Source of the DNA: the human T2T-CHM13v2.0 reference genome, Homo sapiens
Length of the DNA stretch: 64,000 nt
Strand: one strand, 5' to 3'
Assembly: GCF_009914755.1 (NCBI RefSeq)
Contig: NC_060926.1
Shown in pieces: positions 28,084 to 40,361 of this stretch; position 1 is the first letter of the stretch; every line of letters begins with the position of its first letter. The translations under genes were made by a program, and so were the position numbers. The notes under the pieces are model-generated. The model had not been told where the DNA came from and did no database searches. It worked only from the letters and a program-made list of their open reading frames with translations.

Positions 28084-28594
28084 GGCATCTTTTTACTCTC
28101 TTCTCCAACCTCCCTCACTATCCCTCAATCTCTTTCTCCTTTCAATCTTGGCACCACACTTCAATCTCTCCCTTCTCTTAATTTCAATTCCTTTCATTTT
28201 CTGGTAGAGACAAAGGAGACACGTTTTATCCGTGGACCCAAAACTCCGGCGCCGGTCACGGACTGGGAAGGCAGCCTTCCCTTGGTGTTTAATCACTGCA
28301 GGGACACCTCTCTGATTATACGCCCACGTTTCAAGGGTGTCAGACCACACAAGGACGCCTGCCTTGGTCCTTCACCCTTAGGGGCAAGTCCCGCTTTTCT
28401 GGGGAAGGGGCAAATACCCCAACCCCTTCTCTCCTTGTCTCTACCCCTTCTCTGCTTTTCCAGGGACAGGGCAAGTAACCGAACCCCTTGTCTTCTTGTC
28501 TCTACCCCTTCTCTGCTTTTCTGGGAGGGGGCAAGTACCCCTCAACCCCTTCTCCTTCACTCTTACCAAGTCCCACTTTTCTAGAGGAGGGACA

Positions 28595-28800
28595 AGTACC
28601 CCAACCTCATATCTCTGCACCCCAATCCCTTATTTCCACGCCCCAACCTCTTATATCTCTGTGCCCCAATCCCTTATTTCCGCGCCCCAACCTCGTATCT
28701 CTGTGCCCCAATCCCTTATTTCCGTGCCCCGACCTCTTATTTCTGCGCCCCATCCCTTATTTCCATGCCCTGACCTCTTATCTCTGTGCCCCAACCCCTT
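28595..28800 (+). repeat. HERV-H pre-gag C/T-rich tandem repeat (~42-44-bp unit, ~4.5 copies)
   Basis: Repeated CCCCAACCTCTTATATCTCTGTGCCCCAATCCCTTATTTCC(A/G) units. Confidence 0.85.
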
Positions 28801-28887
28801 TTCCCACTTTTCTGGAAGGTAAGAACCCCCGAACCCCTTCCCTCTGTTTCTCTACTCTCTCTTTTCTCTAGGCTTGCTTCCTTCACT

Positions 28888-30101
28888 ATGGGAACCTTCC
28901 ACCCTCCATTCCTCCTTCTACTCCCCTGGCCTGTGTTCTCAAAAACTTAAAACCTCTTCAACTCACACCTGACCTAAAACCTAAATGCCTTATTTTCTTC
29001 TGCAATGCCGCTTGACCCCAATACAAACTCGACAGTAGTTCCAAATAGCCAGAAAATGGCACTTTGAATTTTTCCATCCTGCAATATCTAAATAATTCTT
29101 GTCGTAAAATAGGCAAACGGTCTGAGGTGCCTGATGTCCAGGCATTCTTTTACACATCAGTCCCTTCCTAGTCTCTGTGCCCAGTGCAACTCATCCCAAA
29201 TCTTCCTTCTTTCCCTCCCATCTGTCCCCTCAGTACTAACCCCAAGCATCGCTGAGTCTTTGTTATCTTCCTTTTCTACAGACCCACCTGACCTCTCCCT
29301 TGCTCCCCAGGCTGCTCCTCGCCAGGCTGAGCTAGGTCCCAATTCTTCCTCCGCCTCTGCTCCTCCACCCTATAATCTTTTTATCACCTCCCCTCCTCAC
29401 ACCTGGTCTGGCTTACAGTTTCGTTCCGTGACTAGCCCTCCCCGTCCTGCCCAGCAATTTACTCTTAAAAAGGTGGCTGGTGCTAAAGGCATAGTCAAGG
29501 TTAATGCTCCTTTTTCTTTATCCCAAATCAGAAGCGTTTAGGCTCTTTCTCATCAAATATAAAAATCCAGCCCAGTTCATGACTCGTTTGACAGCAACCC
29601 TGAGACACTTTACAGCCCTAGACCCTAAAAGGTCAAAAGGTCGTCTTATTCTCAAAATACATTTTATTACCCAATCTGCTCCCGACATTAAATAAAACTC
29701 CAAAAATTAAATTCTGGCCCTCAAACCCCACAACAGGATTTAATTAACCTCGCCTTCAAGGTGTGCAATAATAGAAAAAAGTTACAATTCCTTCCCTCCA
29801 CTATGAGACAAACCCCAGCCACATCTCCAGCACACAAGAACTTCCAAACGCCTGAACCGCAGTGGCCAGACCTTCCTCCAGAACCTCCTCCCCCAGGAGC
29901 TTGCTACAAGTGCCAGAAATCTGACCACCAGGCCAAGGAATGTCTGCAGCCCAGGATTCCTCCTAAGTCATGTCCCATTTGTGCCAGACCCCACTGGAAA
30001 TCGGACTGTTCAACTTACCTGGCAGCCACTCCCAGAGCCCCTGGAACTCTGGCCCAAGGCTCTCTGACTGACTCCTCCTCGGCTTAGCAGCTGAAGACTG
30101 A
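28888..30101 (+). pseudogene. gag: HERV-H gag remnant; nucleocapsid with two CCHC zinc knuckles readable
   Basis: ATG 28888 frameshifted immediately; ORF 29761-30087 contains CYKCQKSDHQAKEC and CPICARPHWKSDC. Confidence 0.9.
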
Positions 30102-32300
30102 CGCTGCCCGATTGCCTCGGCAGCCCCCTAGACCATCACGGACGCCGAGCTTCAGGTAACTCTCACAGTGGAAGGTAAGCCCATCCCCTTCTTAATCAAT
30201 ACGGAGGCTACCCGCTCCACATTACCTTCTTTTCAAGGGCCTGTTTCCCTTGCCTCCAGAACTGTTGTGGGTATTGACGGCCAGGCTTCTAAACCTCTTA
30301 AAACTCCCCAACTCTGGTGCCAGCTGAGACAATACTCTTATAAGCACTCCTTTTTAGTTATCCCCACCTGCCCAGTTCCCTTATTAGGCTGAGACACTTT
30401 AACTAAATTATCTGCTTCCCTGACTATTCCTGGACTACAGCTATATCTCATTGCCGCCCTTCTTCCCAATCAAGAGCCTCCTTTGCGTCCTCCTCTTGTA
30501 TCCCCCCACCTTAACCCACAAGTATAAGATACCTCTACTCCCTCCTTGGCGACCGATCATGCACCCCTTACCATCTCATTAAAACCTAATCACCCTTACC
30601 CCACTCAACGCCAATATCCCATCCCGAAGCACACTTTAAAAAGATTAAAGCCTGTTATCACTCGCCTGCTACAGCATGGCCTTTTAAAATCTATAAACTC
30701 TACTTACAATTCCCCCATTTTACCAGTCCTAAAACCAGACAAGCCTTACAAGTTAGTTCAGGATCTGCGCCTTATCAACCAAATTGTTTTGCCTGTCCAC
30801 CCCGTGGTGCCAAACCCATATACTCTCCTATCCTCAATACCTGCCTCTACAACCCATTATTCTGTTCTGGATCTCAAACATGCTTTCTTTACTATTCCTT
30901 TGCACCCTTAATCCCAGCCTCTCTTCGCTTTCACTTGGACTGACCCTGACACCCATCAAGCTCAGCAAATTACCTAGGCTGTACTGCCTGCCGCAAAGCT
31001 TCACAGACAGCCCCCATTACTTCAATCAAGCCCAAATTTCTTCCTCATCTGTTACCTATCTTGGCATAATTCTCATAAAAACACACGTGCTCTCCCTGCC
31101 AATCGTGTCCAACTGATCTCTCAAACCCAAGCACCTTCTACAAAACAACAACTCCTTTCCTTCCTGGGCATGGTTAGCGCGGTCAGAATTCTTACACAAG
31201 AACCAGGACCACACCCTGTAGCCTTTCTGTCCAAACAACTTGACCTTACTGTTTTAGCCCAGCCCTCATGTCTGCGTGCAGCGGCTGCCACTGCTTTAAT
31301 ACTTTTAAAGGCCCTCAAAATCACAAACTGTGCTCAACTCACTCTCTACAGTTCTCATAACTTCCAAAATCTATTTTCTTCCTCATACCTGACGCATATA
31401 CTTTCTGCTTCCCGGCTCCTTCAGCTGTACTCACTCTTTGTTAAGTCCCACAATTACTGTTGTTCCTGACCCAGACTTCAATCCGGCCTCCCACATTATT
31501 CCTGATACCACACCTGACCCCCATGACTGTATCTCTGTGATCCACCTGACATTCACCCCATTTCCCCAAATTTCCTTCTTTCCTGTTCCTCACCCTGATC
31601 ACACTTGATTTATTGATGGTGGTTCCACCAGGCCTAATTGCCACACACCAGCAAAGGCAGGTTATGCTATAGTACAAGCCACTAGCCTGCCTCTTAGAAC
31701 CTCTCATTTCCTTTCCCTCGTGGAAATCTATCCTCAAGGAAATAACTTCTCAGTGTTCCATCTGCTATTCTACTACTCCTCAGGGATTATTCAGGCCCCC
31801 TCCTTTCCCTACACATCAAGCTCGAGGATTTGCCCCCACCCAGGACTGGCAAATCAGCTTTACTCAACATGCCCCGAGTCAGAAAACTAAAATACCTCTT
31901 AGTCTAGGTAGATACTTTCACTGGATAGGTACAGGCCTTTCCTACAGGGTCTGAGAAGGCCACCGCAGTCATTTCTTCCATTCTGTCAGACATAATTCCT
32001 CAGTTTAGCCTTCCCACCTCAATACAGTCTGATAACAGATGAGCCTTTATTAGTCAAATCAGCCAAGCAGTTTTTCAGGCTCTTAGTATTCAGCGAAACC
32101 TTTATATCCCTTACGATCCTCCATCTTCAAGAAAAGTAGAATGGACTAAAGGTCTTTTAAAAACACACCTCACCAAGCTCAGCCACCAACTTAAAAAGGA
32201 CTGGACAATACTTTTCCCTTCTCAGAATTCAGGCCTGTCCTCAGAATGCTACAGGGTACAGCCCATTTAAGCTCCTTTATAGACGCTCCTTTTATTAGGC
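30102..32300 (+). pseudogene. pol: HERV-H pro-pol remnant (inactive protease, partial RT, RNaseH, integrase)
   Basis: FLINTEAT (DTG lost); RT motifs RQYP, YNSPILPV, LVQDLRLINQ and SVLDLKHAFFTIPL then a stop; no YxDD seen; ATTGATGGT (IDG) near 31612; GTAGATACTTTCACTGGA (VDTFTG) near 31908; many stops and deletions. Confidence 0.92.
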
Positions 32301-32908
32301 CCCAGTCTCATTCCAGACACCAGACCAACTTAGACTGTGCCCCAAAAAACTTGTCATCCCCACTATCTTCTGTCTAGTCATACTCCTATTCACCGTTCTC
32401 AACTACTCATACATGCCCTGCTCTTGTTTACACTGCCGGTTTACACTGTTTTTCCAAGCCATCACAGCTGATATCTCCTGGGGCTATCCCCAAACTGCCA
32501 CTCTTAACTCTTGAAGTAAATAAATAATCTTTGCTGGCAGGACTATGCTGAATCTCCTTAGGCACTCTCTAATCAGATGTCCTGAGTCGTCCCAATTCTT
32601 AGACCTTTTATACCTGTTTTTCTCCTTCTGTTATTCTATTTAGTTTCTCAATTCATCCAAAACCGTATCCAGGCCATGACCAATCATTCTATACGACAAA
32701 TGTTTCTTCTAACATCCCCACAATATCACCCCTTACACAAGACTTCCCTTCAGCTTAATCTCTCCCTCTCTACATTCCCACACCACCCCTAATCCCGCTT
32801 GAAGCAGCCCTGAGAAACATCGCCCATTCTCTCTCCATACCATCCCCCCAAAAATTTTCGCTGCCCCAACACTTCAACACTATTTTGTTTTATTTTTCTT
32901 ATTAATAT

Positions 32909-32921
32909 AAGAAGACAGGAA
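32909..32921 (+). other. HERV-H polypurine tract
   Basis: AAGAAGACAGGAA directly before TGTCAGGCC. Confidence 0.9.
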
Positions 32922-33283
32922 TGTCAGGCCTCTGAGCCCAAGCCAAGCCATCGCATCCCCTGTGACTTGCACATATACGCCCAGATGGCCTGAAGTAACT
33001 GAAGAATCACAAAAGAAGTGAATATGCCCTGCCCCGCCTTAACTGATGACATTCCACCACAAAAGAAGTGTAAATGGCCGGTCCTTGCCTTAAGTGATGA
33101 CATTACCTTGTGAAAGTCCTTTTCCTGGCTCATCCTGGCTCAAAAAACACCCCCACTGAGCACCTTGCGACCCCCACTCCTGCCCGCCAGAGAACAAACC
33201 CGCTTTGACTGCAATTTTCCTTTACCTACCCAAATCCTATAAAACTGCCCCACCCCTATCTCCCTTCGCTGACTCTTTTCGGA
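32922..33283 (+). promoter_or_regulatory. HERV-H 3' LTR (LTR7), truncated in R; lacks AATAAA and U5
   Basis: Starts TGTCAGGCCTCTGAGCCCAAGCC; similarity to the 5' LTR stops at GACTCTTTTCGGA, ~89 bp short of the 5' LTR end. Confidence 0.96.
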
Positions 33284-35425
33284 TTGTTTCTGTTTGCTGA
33301 TGACAATCTTAGAGGTAGAAAACCCTAACAACTTCACAGAAAACTATGAGAACTAATAATTTTGGTAAAGATACAAAAATCAGTAGCATTTTATACACCA
33401 CCAACAAAAAAAGCAATTTAAAAACATTCCATGTATAATAGCAACACAAAATATAAAATACATAGGAGTAAATTTAAGCAAGGAGCTGAAAGAGCTGTAC
33501 AATCAACTATAAAACACTGACAGAATAAATTAAAGAAGACATAAATAAATGGAATGCTATCCCACATTTATGGATTTTAAAAGTTTATATTGTTAAAATG
33601 TCTATAATTTCAGAAGAGATCTACAGATTCAATGCAATTTCTATCAAAATTCTAGTATTTTTTTAGAGAAATAGAAAAAAAATCCTGAAATTTGTATGGA
33701 ACCAGGAAAGACCCCACATAGCCAAAGCAATATTGAGCAAAAATAACAAGCAGAGAGTATAACACTCCCTGATATTAAAATATATTATAATGCTATTGTA
33801 ATAGAAATAGTATGATACAGCCATAAATATAGATACATCTACCAGTGGAACAGGACAGAAAGCCCAGAAATAAACAAACCCAAGTATTTGTGGTCAATTG
33901 ATTTTTTACAGCATTCTCCCAAACACACATTGGGTCAAGGTTAGTCTCTTTAATAAATGGTGTTAGAAAAACTGGATATCCAGAATCAAAAGAATGAAAT
34001 TGGATACTTCGGTCACATCATATACAAAAATCAACTCAACATGGGATGAAAGACTTACATGTAAGACCCCAAATTGCAAAGCTGCTAGAAGAAAACAGGG
34101 GAAAAGCTCCATGACATTGGTCTGGACAACAATTATTTAAATGTGACCCCAAAAGCACAAGCAACAAAAGCAAAAATAGACAAACTAGATTGTACCAACC
34201 TAAAAGCTTCTGTAAAGCAAAACAATTAACAGGGTGAAGAGACAACCATAGATTGGGAGAAATATTTGCAAATCATAAAACTGATAAGAGGCTAGTATCC
34301 AAAATATGTAAGAAACTCAAACAATTAAATAGCAATAACCTAATTTAAAAGTGAGCAAAGGATCTGAACAGACATTTCTCAACAGAAGAGATAAAAATAT
34401 CCAACAGATATATGAAAACTAATGATCAGGAAAATGCAAATTAAAACCACAGTGAGATACTACCTCATTAGTGACAAAGTTAGAATGTCTACTATCAAAA
34501 AGACAAATGATAGCAAGTTTTGGCAGGGATGTGGAGGAACCTCTGTATCTTCTCGTTGAGAATGTAAATTAGTACAGCCATTGTGGAATATGGTATGCAG
34601 GCTCCTCAAAACACTAAAACTCAAATTACCATATGATCCAGCAATCCCACTTTTAGTATATATCCAAAAGAAGTGAAATTAATATGTCAAAGAGATATCT
34701 GCACTCCCATGTTCATGGTAACATTATTCATAATAACCAAAATATGAAATACCATATGCAAACTTTTTTTTTTTTTTTTAGACAGAGTCTCGCTCTGTCT
34801 CCCAGGCTGGAGTACAGTGGCATGATCTTGGCTCACTGCAACCTCCCCCTCCCCGGTTCAAATGATTCTCGTGCCTCAGCCTCCCAAGTAACTGAGACTG
34901 CAGGCTCAGTTAGCCACCACGCCCGGCTAATTTTTGTATTTTTTAGTAGAGACAGGGTTTTTCCATTTTGGCCAGGCTGGTCTCCGACTCCTGACCTTCA
35001 GGTCAGATCCACCCGCCTTGGCCTCCCAAAGTGCTGGGATTATAGGTGTAAGCCACTGTGCCTGGCCTCTATACAGCCTTAAAAAGAGATTCTGTCATTT
35101 GACAACATGAATGCAACTGGCTGTGAGAAAGGGATTGATGGAGAAAGAGATGTTTATCGGATAGTACAAAGTCTTGGACTATAGGAATAAGTTTTATTAA
35201 TCTTTTTGACTGCATGGTGACCAGAGTTAATAATAATGTATTCTATACTTCAAAATTGCTTAAAAAAAGAGGTTTTAATGTTCTCATGACAAAAATGAAA
35301 TAAGTGGCAGAGGAGATGGATATGTTAATTGGCTTAACTGAATCTTTTTACAATGTATGCATAGATCAAATCATCATATTATACCCCATAAATATAATCA
35401 TTTTTTAATTAAAAATTAATAAATT
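33284..35425 (+). mobile_element. L1MA-type (L1MA4/5-like) ORF2 3' part and 3'UTR, with an Alu inserted
   Basis: Begins in RT-domain-like TTGTTTCTGTTTGCTGATGAC...GTAGAAAACCCTAA; ATCTACAGATTCAATGCAAT; CCATATGATCCAGCAATCCCACTT; L1MA 3' end GGATATGTTAATTGGCTT...TATACCCCATAAATATA. Confidence 0.9.
34764..35067 (-). mobile_element. AluS (Sx/Sz-like) inserted in L1MA
   Basis: Poly-T, AGACAGAGTCTCGCTCTG...AGCCACTGTGCCTGGCC; L1 sequence continues on both sides. Confidence 0.93.
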
Positions 35426-35429
35426 AATT

Positions 35430-38400
35430 TTTTAAAGATAGTGACTAAAAATTGAGAACTGCAAAATTGAAAATCAGAAGATTTCTCAAAGCAATAATAG
35501 AATAAAAAATTGTGGAATAATGCCTTCAAAATTTTGGAAAAAACTGTCGTAATTTAAATATGTTCATGTATCATTCAGTTATGAGGGTAAAATAAGGATA
35601 TATTCAAACAAAAGGAGCTTACTACTAATAAATTTTCAGTAAAGGATCTAAAAGGTGGCTTTTCAGGAGTAAAGAAAAAAACTCAGAAGTTTGATATGTA
35701 AGAAAAGAATAGTGAGTAAATTAATAAATTAAAATATGAATAAATATAAAATGTCAAAAGTACAAAACAATAATAAAATGTCTATATTAAAAGTCGAGAA
35801 TAAAAGACAAAATGAGAGTTAAATAATGTCTGATTATGACATGATATAAAAGTAAAAAGTGATAAAATCTAGAATACTGTACATTTTCTGAATTGATTTG
35901 AGAATATAGAGAATAGATAAAGGTATTGTGAAATCAGTATGAATATTAGCATGTTAATAGTAACTAAAAGTACTACACATTGACAACATAGCTTCTATTA
36001 TTGGGAAAAATGAATAAATTTGTAATCAATTCAAAAGGAGGAATAATTAAAAACACAAAAATAAAGCTTAAAAAATCAGGAGAAATAGAGTGTCCATATT
36101 AAATGGAAGAAACACTTTCAGATATATCAGCTATCAACTTAAGGTAATTGGATGAAACTCTTCAGTTAAAGAATTGTCATTTTTCAAGCTCCATTCAAAA
36201 TAAAAAAATCCATATGCTAACATATATACATATTATTTTATTTATAATGAACACAACAAAAGTGTAAGGTTATAGAACATTTGAAAGCAAAGGAAAAATA
36301 CATGCCAGGTTAATACTAATCAATGACAAGCTGGTAGGACAATAGTATTATCAGATTAAAATTTACCCCAGGGTTAATAATATAATAGATATGAAGAGAA
36401 TTTTTATATAATGATAAAAATGACACCTGGAAGATATTGTAATTCTTATGTTTCATGTGCTTATTTATGATACTGGCATAATATTCAAATTATTAATAAT
36501 TATAATTCAGACAAAAGCTACTGACCCATCCCCCATTATTTTGGAATTTCAATACAGATCTTTAAGTAATGTTAATGAAATTATTGTAAGATTGATAACA
36601 TTTTGAATATGTCACTATCACAACTTACTTGGGGATATTTACAAAACTTTGCATTTGGTAGTTTGAAAATACACATTCTTCTTCCACTCCAATGAAATTA
36701 AGCTTGTGCCAATCCGTAAAATCATGTTTAACAAATTTCAAGATTTCATGTTTTACAGATCACAGTCACTGAACAAGATATAATAAATAGAAAGAAATAA
36801 CAAAAATGACTAAAATATTAGGACAGTTAAAAATATGTTTCTAAAGCACTCATGAATTAAAAGAGAAGTCATATTGGAAATTAGAAAATAAAACTCAAAT
36901 AATAAATGTAACATACAAATTCATGATTTAAGCTAATTGGTACTAAAACTAAATTGTTAAAATCTGATGTTCATTGTTGTGGGGAAAAACATGTGTGAAA
37001 ATCAATTATCCAAGCATTTGAATTAAAGAATTAAAAGAGAACAATGTGACACAAAAATGTAAAATGAAATAAAGATAGGAGTGGTAATTAATGACATAGA
37101 AAACAAGGCACAATAGGGAGGATCATTAAAGACAATGGTTATTGTTTAAATAGATTATTAAAATCTACAAGCTCTGGAGAGAGTATTTATGATTATATGA
37201 GAATAAAAAGATAAAAATGATAAGGAAAATAAGGCGATAAAATTATAGACCCAATAAAGATTTAAAACTTAATTGGGAAATATTATGAACAACATTGTGA
37301 TGATAAATTTGAAGACTCAGAAAGATACATTTTTACATAAAAATGAAACTTATTATTCACACTTGCAAATAAATAGAAATCTCCAAAAGATAGAAAACTT
37401 CATTCTAAACCTAGAACTTGATGCCATTTAAAAAAAAATTTTGTGGAAGAAGGCGGCCACGATTAGTCAAGTTAACTGTAAAAATCAACTTGGGAGAACT
37501 TATCCTGTCTCATCATTACACCAGTGTGGTAATCATACATGTGGTATTGACATAAATATGGACAAATAGTCCAAGGGAAGGTAACTGATAGTCGATAAAA
37601 ATAGATAAACAGGTATGAGGCCTTAATATGTAACACAGATGACACTGGAGTCTTTGGGACAAGATGGGCTCTTCAAGGATGATTCCTGGGAAAAGGCAAT
37701 CCTCATAAGAAAAAATAAATTAGATATCTACCTCCTACTAGAGACAAAATTTATAGTTGTAGTTAAAAACCTAAATATAAAAATTCAACTTTAAAATTGG
37801 TAGGAATAAATATTAGAGCTTATTCACAGGGCCTCTTGCTAAGGAAATATTGCTTCCATAAGACATAAAGAATACAAACCACTAATTTAAAAGACTGATA
37901 AAATTGATCATATTTAAAGACTTCTGTGACTCAAATAATTCTACAATAAAATGACTATACAAATCACTAAGAGATATAATCTATGTAACACATATTACTC
38001 ACAAAAGATTAGTTTCCAGAATATGTCAAGACTACAAATCAATAAGATAAAGACAAATCAATGAGAAATTATCAAAAGATATGAAAAGACAATTCATAAA
38101 GGGGAAATTATAAAAGTCAATAAAAAAGGAAAAATATTTAAGTCCACTAATAGAGAAATTAACATTAAAACCATGATGAGACTCCATTTCACATCTATTA
38201 GGTTGGCAATAATATAAAAGTCTGAAAGTGTCAAATAATGGGGAGTAAGTGGAACCATGGAAAATTATACATTTTGATGGTAATTTAAATTCATTAAAAA
38301 CACTAGGGAATAATTTAGCATTATCTAGTAATACATAAACTCCTAGCTATAGACACTATCCTTTTAGCTATAGAAATTTTGCTCAAGGAGATTGATACAA

Positions 38401-38900
38401 GAATGTTCACAACGGTATGAATTCTCATACATATGACATCTAAAATAGTATTAATTATCATATACAAAGTACTATTCCTCTATAGAATAATGAAAACATT
38501 AACTGTACTATGTTTTCATGATTGTCTATTGTATAGCATTGAAAATGAATGAATTAGACCTATAAATGTCAAAATAAATACATCTCACAAAAACATGATT
38601 AGACCCAAAAGTTGCAATACAATGAATATATTCTGACTTTATCTTTGTGTCTATTAAAATTTGCATATCAATATTATACATGGTTTAAGGAGACTATATA
38701 TATTTGGGTGTGTGTGTGTTTATATTAACATATATAAGATATGTTAATAATCTTAAGCAAACTCCAGAAAATAATTACATTCAGAAAAAAGAGAATGGGA
38801 TGCAGTTGGCAGTGGTATCTAGGACAACTTCAATAGAGCTTATAATGTTTTATTTTATTAGGTGTATATTGGATAGATGAATGTTATTTATCGTTTTTGT
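35430..38900 (+). mobile_element. Ancient L1ME-like ORF1-end/ORF2/3'UTR remnant
   Basis: A-rich + strand; GTGGAATAATGCCTTCAAAATT (ORF1), GGAAATTAGAAAATA, CATTTCACATCTATTAGGTTGGCAA, CAAGAATGTTCACA. Confidence 0.7.
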
Positions 38901-40087
38901 GGATGAGAAACAATTTATACTGAATGTTAAGTAATAGGGAGAACAATCAGACCAACATGTGTGAATGTCTGTTTATGTGGAGAAGCTGAAGAAACAATTG
39001 TTTGGGTTGATAATGATTACTAACTGGAAGCTATGGAAATTGCATATTAATCTTCAAAGTATTTGAATATAATAAAAATTACCTAAACATCATTCTTGAA
39101 CATAATTTTAAAAATAAAATAATAATATATTATTCACTGTCACTTATGTATTTTTTGTGAGTGTGGAGTGTGAAAGTGCAGGTGTATAACTTTCTGGAGT
39201 CAAAAACAAAGTATTAATAACAGTTTTTTTAATAGCAGAATTCTTTTCTACAAATTGTTCTTTCCTTTCTCTAAGCTACTGATTGATTTTTCTCATTTTT
39301 GGTGTCCTCTTGGTCCTTTAAGTAACATGAAATGAATTTTCTGTCATTTCTGCATCATTTACACATTAACCTCCTTGTCAGCCTCATTCCACTGTTTTGT
39401 CACATTTGCATTGATAATGTTGACTGCGATAGAAGAGAGAGTATCCATCATTTTTTCAGGAATTTAAACCAACTTGGGTTGAGAAATTTATTTTACGTCA
39501 TTAAACACTTCATCAGATAACACTCATAATACCTTGACATACTTCTCCAGAAACTAGACTTCATGCTGTTTCTCTATTCTCAGCAACTAACAATGTAAAA
39601 ATTTCATACAACATAATAGGAAATAGCATCACTGATGAAGTGTTCTTGCTTCAACGATGGAGCGCATTGCCTCCGAGTTGAATCATACCTTTAGCTCTAA
39701 TACTAGCTTACAGGAAACACCAATGATAGAAGGTTGGGTTAAACTTCACCACAAGGAAGCAATCAGCCAAATTGAGAATGTGGCACATTCTACAGGACAC
39801 ATAACCTGGATTCTTTAAAAAATAAAAGGTAGGGTTTCTTAAAAGCCTCTTCACAAGTAGAACAATGAAACCAATGGGCAGCCATATTTAAATTGGTTTA
39901 AAATAAATTAAATATTGGGAAAAATCATTGAGGCAATCAGGAAAAAAGAATATGGACTGGGTATTGGGTGATATTAAAATATTTTTGTTTTACTTTGTTA
40001 AATATAATAATGGTATGGTAGTCATCAAAAACCTTTTTAATCACTAAGAGATCATACAGAAATATGTTCAATGTAAGCTTCTATTAA

Positions 40088-40361
<274 letters not shown>

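Larger units (their letters stand above)
27826..28584 (+). other. Open R-U5/leader frame similar to the putative ESRG (HESRG) peptide; CTG start, 252 codons; coding status unproven
   Basis: ORF 27946-28584 extends upstream without stops to CTG 27826, giving LTLFSDSARLHPGEINSHVAHTKPVWWSLHTDAHEIWCRD...KIHLRPQVLRPTSPRNISP, close to the ESRG sequence as I recall it; a paralogous HERV-H copy, not ESRG itself. Confidence 0.55.
27502..33283 (+). mobile_element. HERV-H provirus, common internally deleted (RTVL-H2-type) form with both outer ends truncated
   Basis: Two LTR7 copies, tRNA-His PBS, gag zinc knuckles, pro, RT, RNaseH and IN remnants, env largely absent, PPT before the 3' LTR. Confidence 0.98.

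Noticed and set aside
28595-28800. Regularly spaced repeats as a CRISPR-like array
   Set aside because: The units are contiguous and degenerate with no unique spacers; this is the known HERV-H leader repeat.
29761-31469. HERV-H gag, pro and RT ORFs as functional genes
   Set aside because: The protease catalytic DTG reads NTE, RT stops before any YxDD motif, and the frames are short and broken.
27439-33133. Near-identical antisense ORFs MSQEKDFHKVMSSLKARTGHLHFF at 27439-27690 and 32924-33133
   Set aside because: They arise from the duplicated LTR7 sequence, not from a duplicated gene.
27502-33283. HERV-H as an L1-retrotransposed processed copy
   Set aside because: It keeps almost all of 5' U3 and has no poly-A tail or long TSD.
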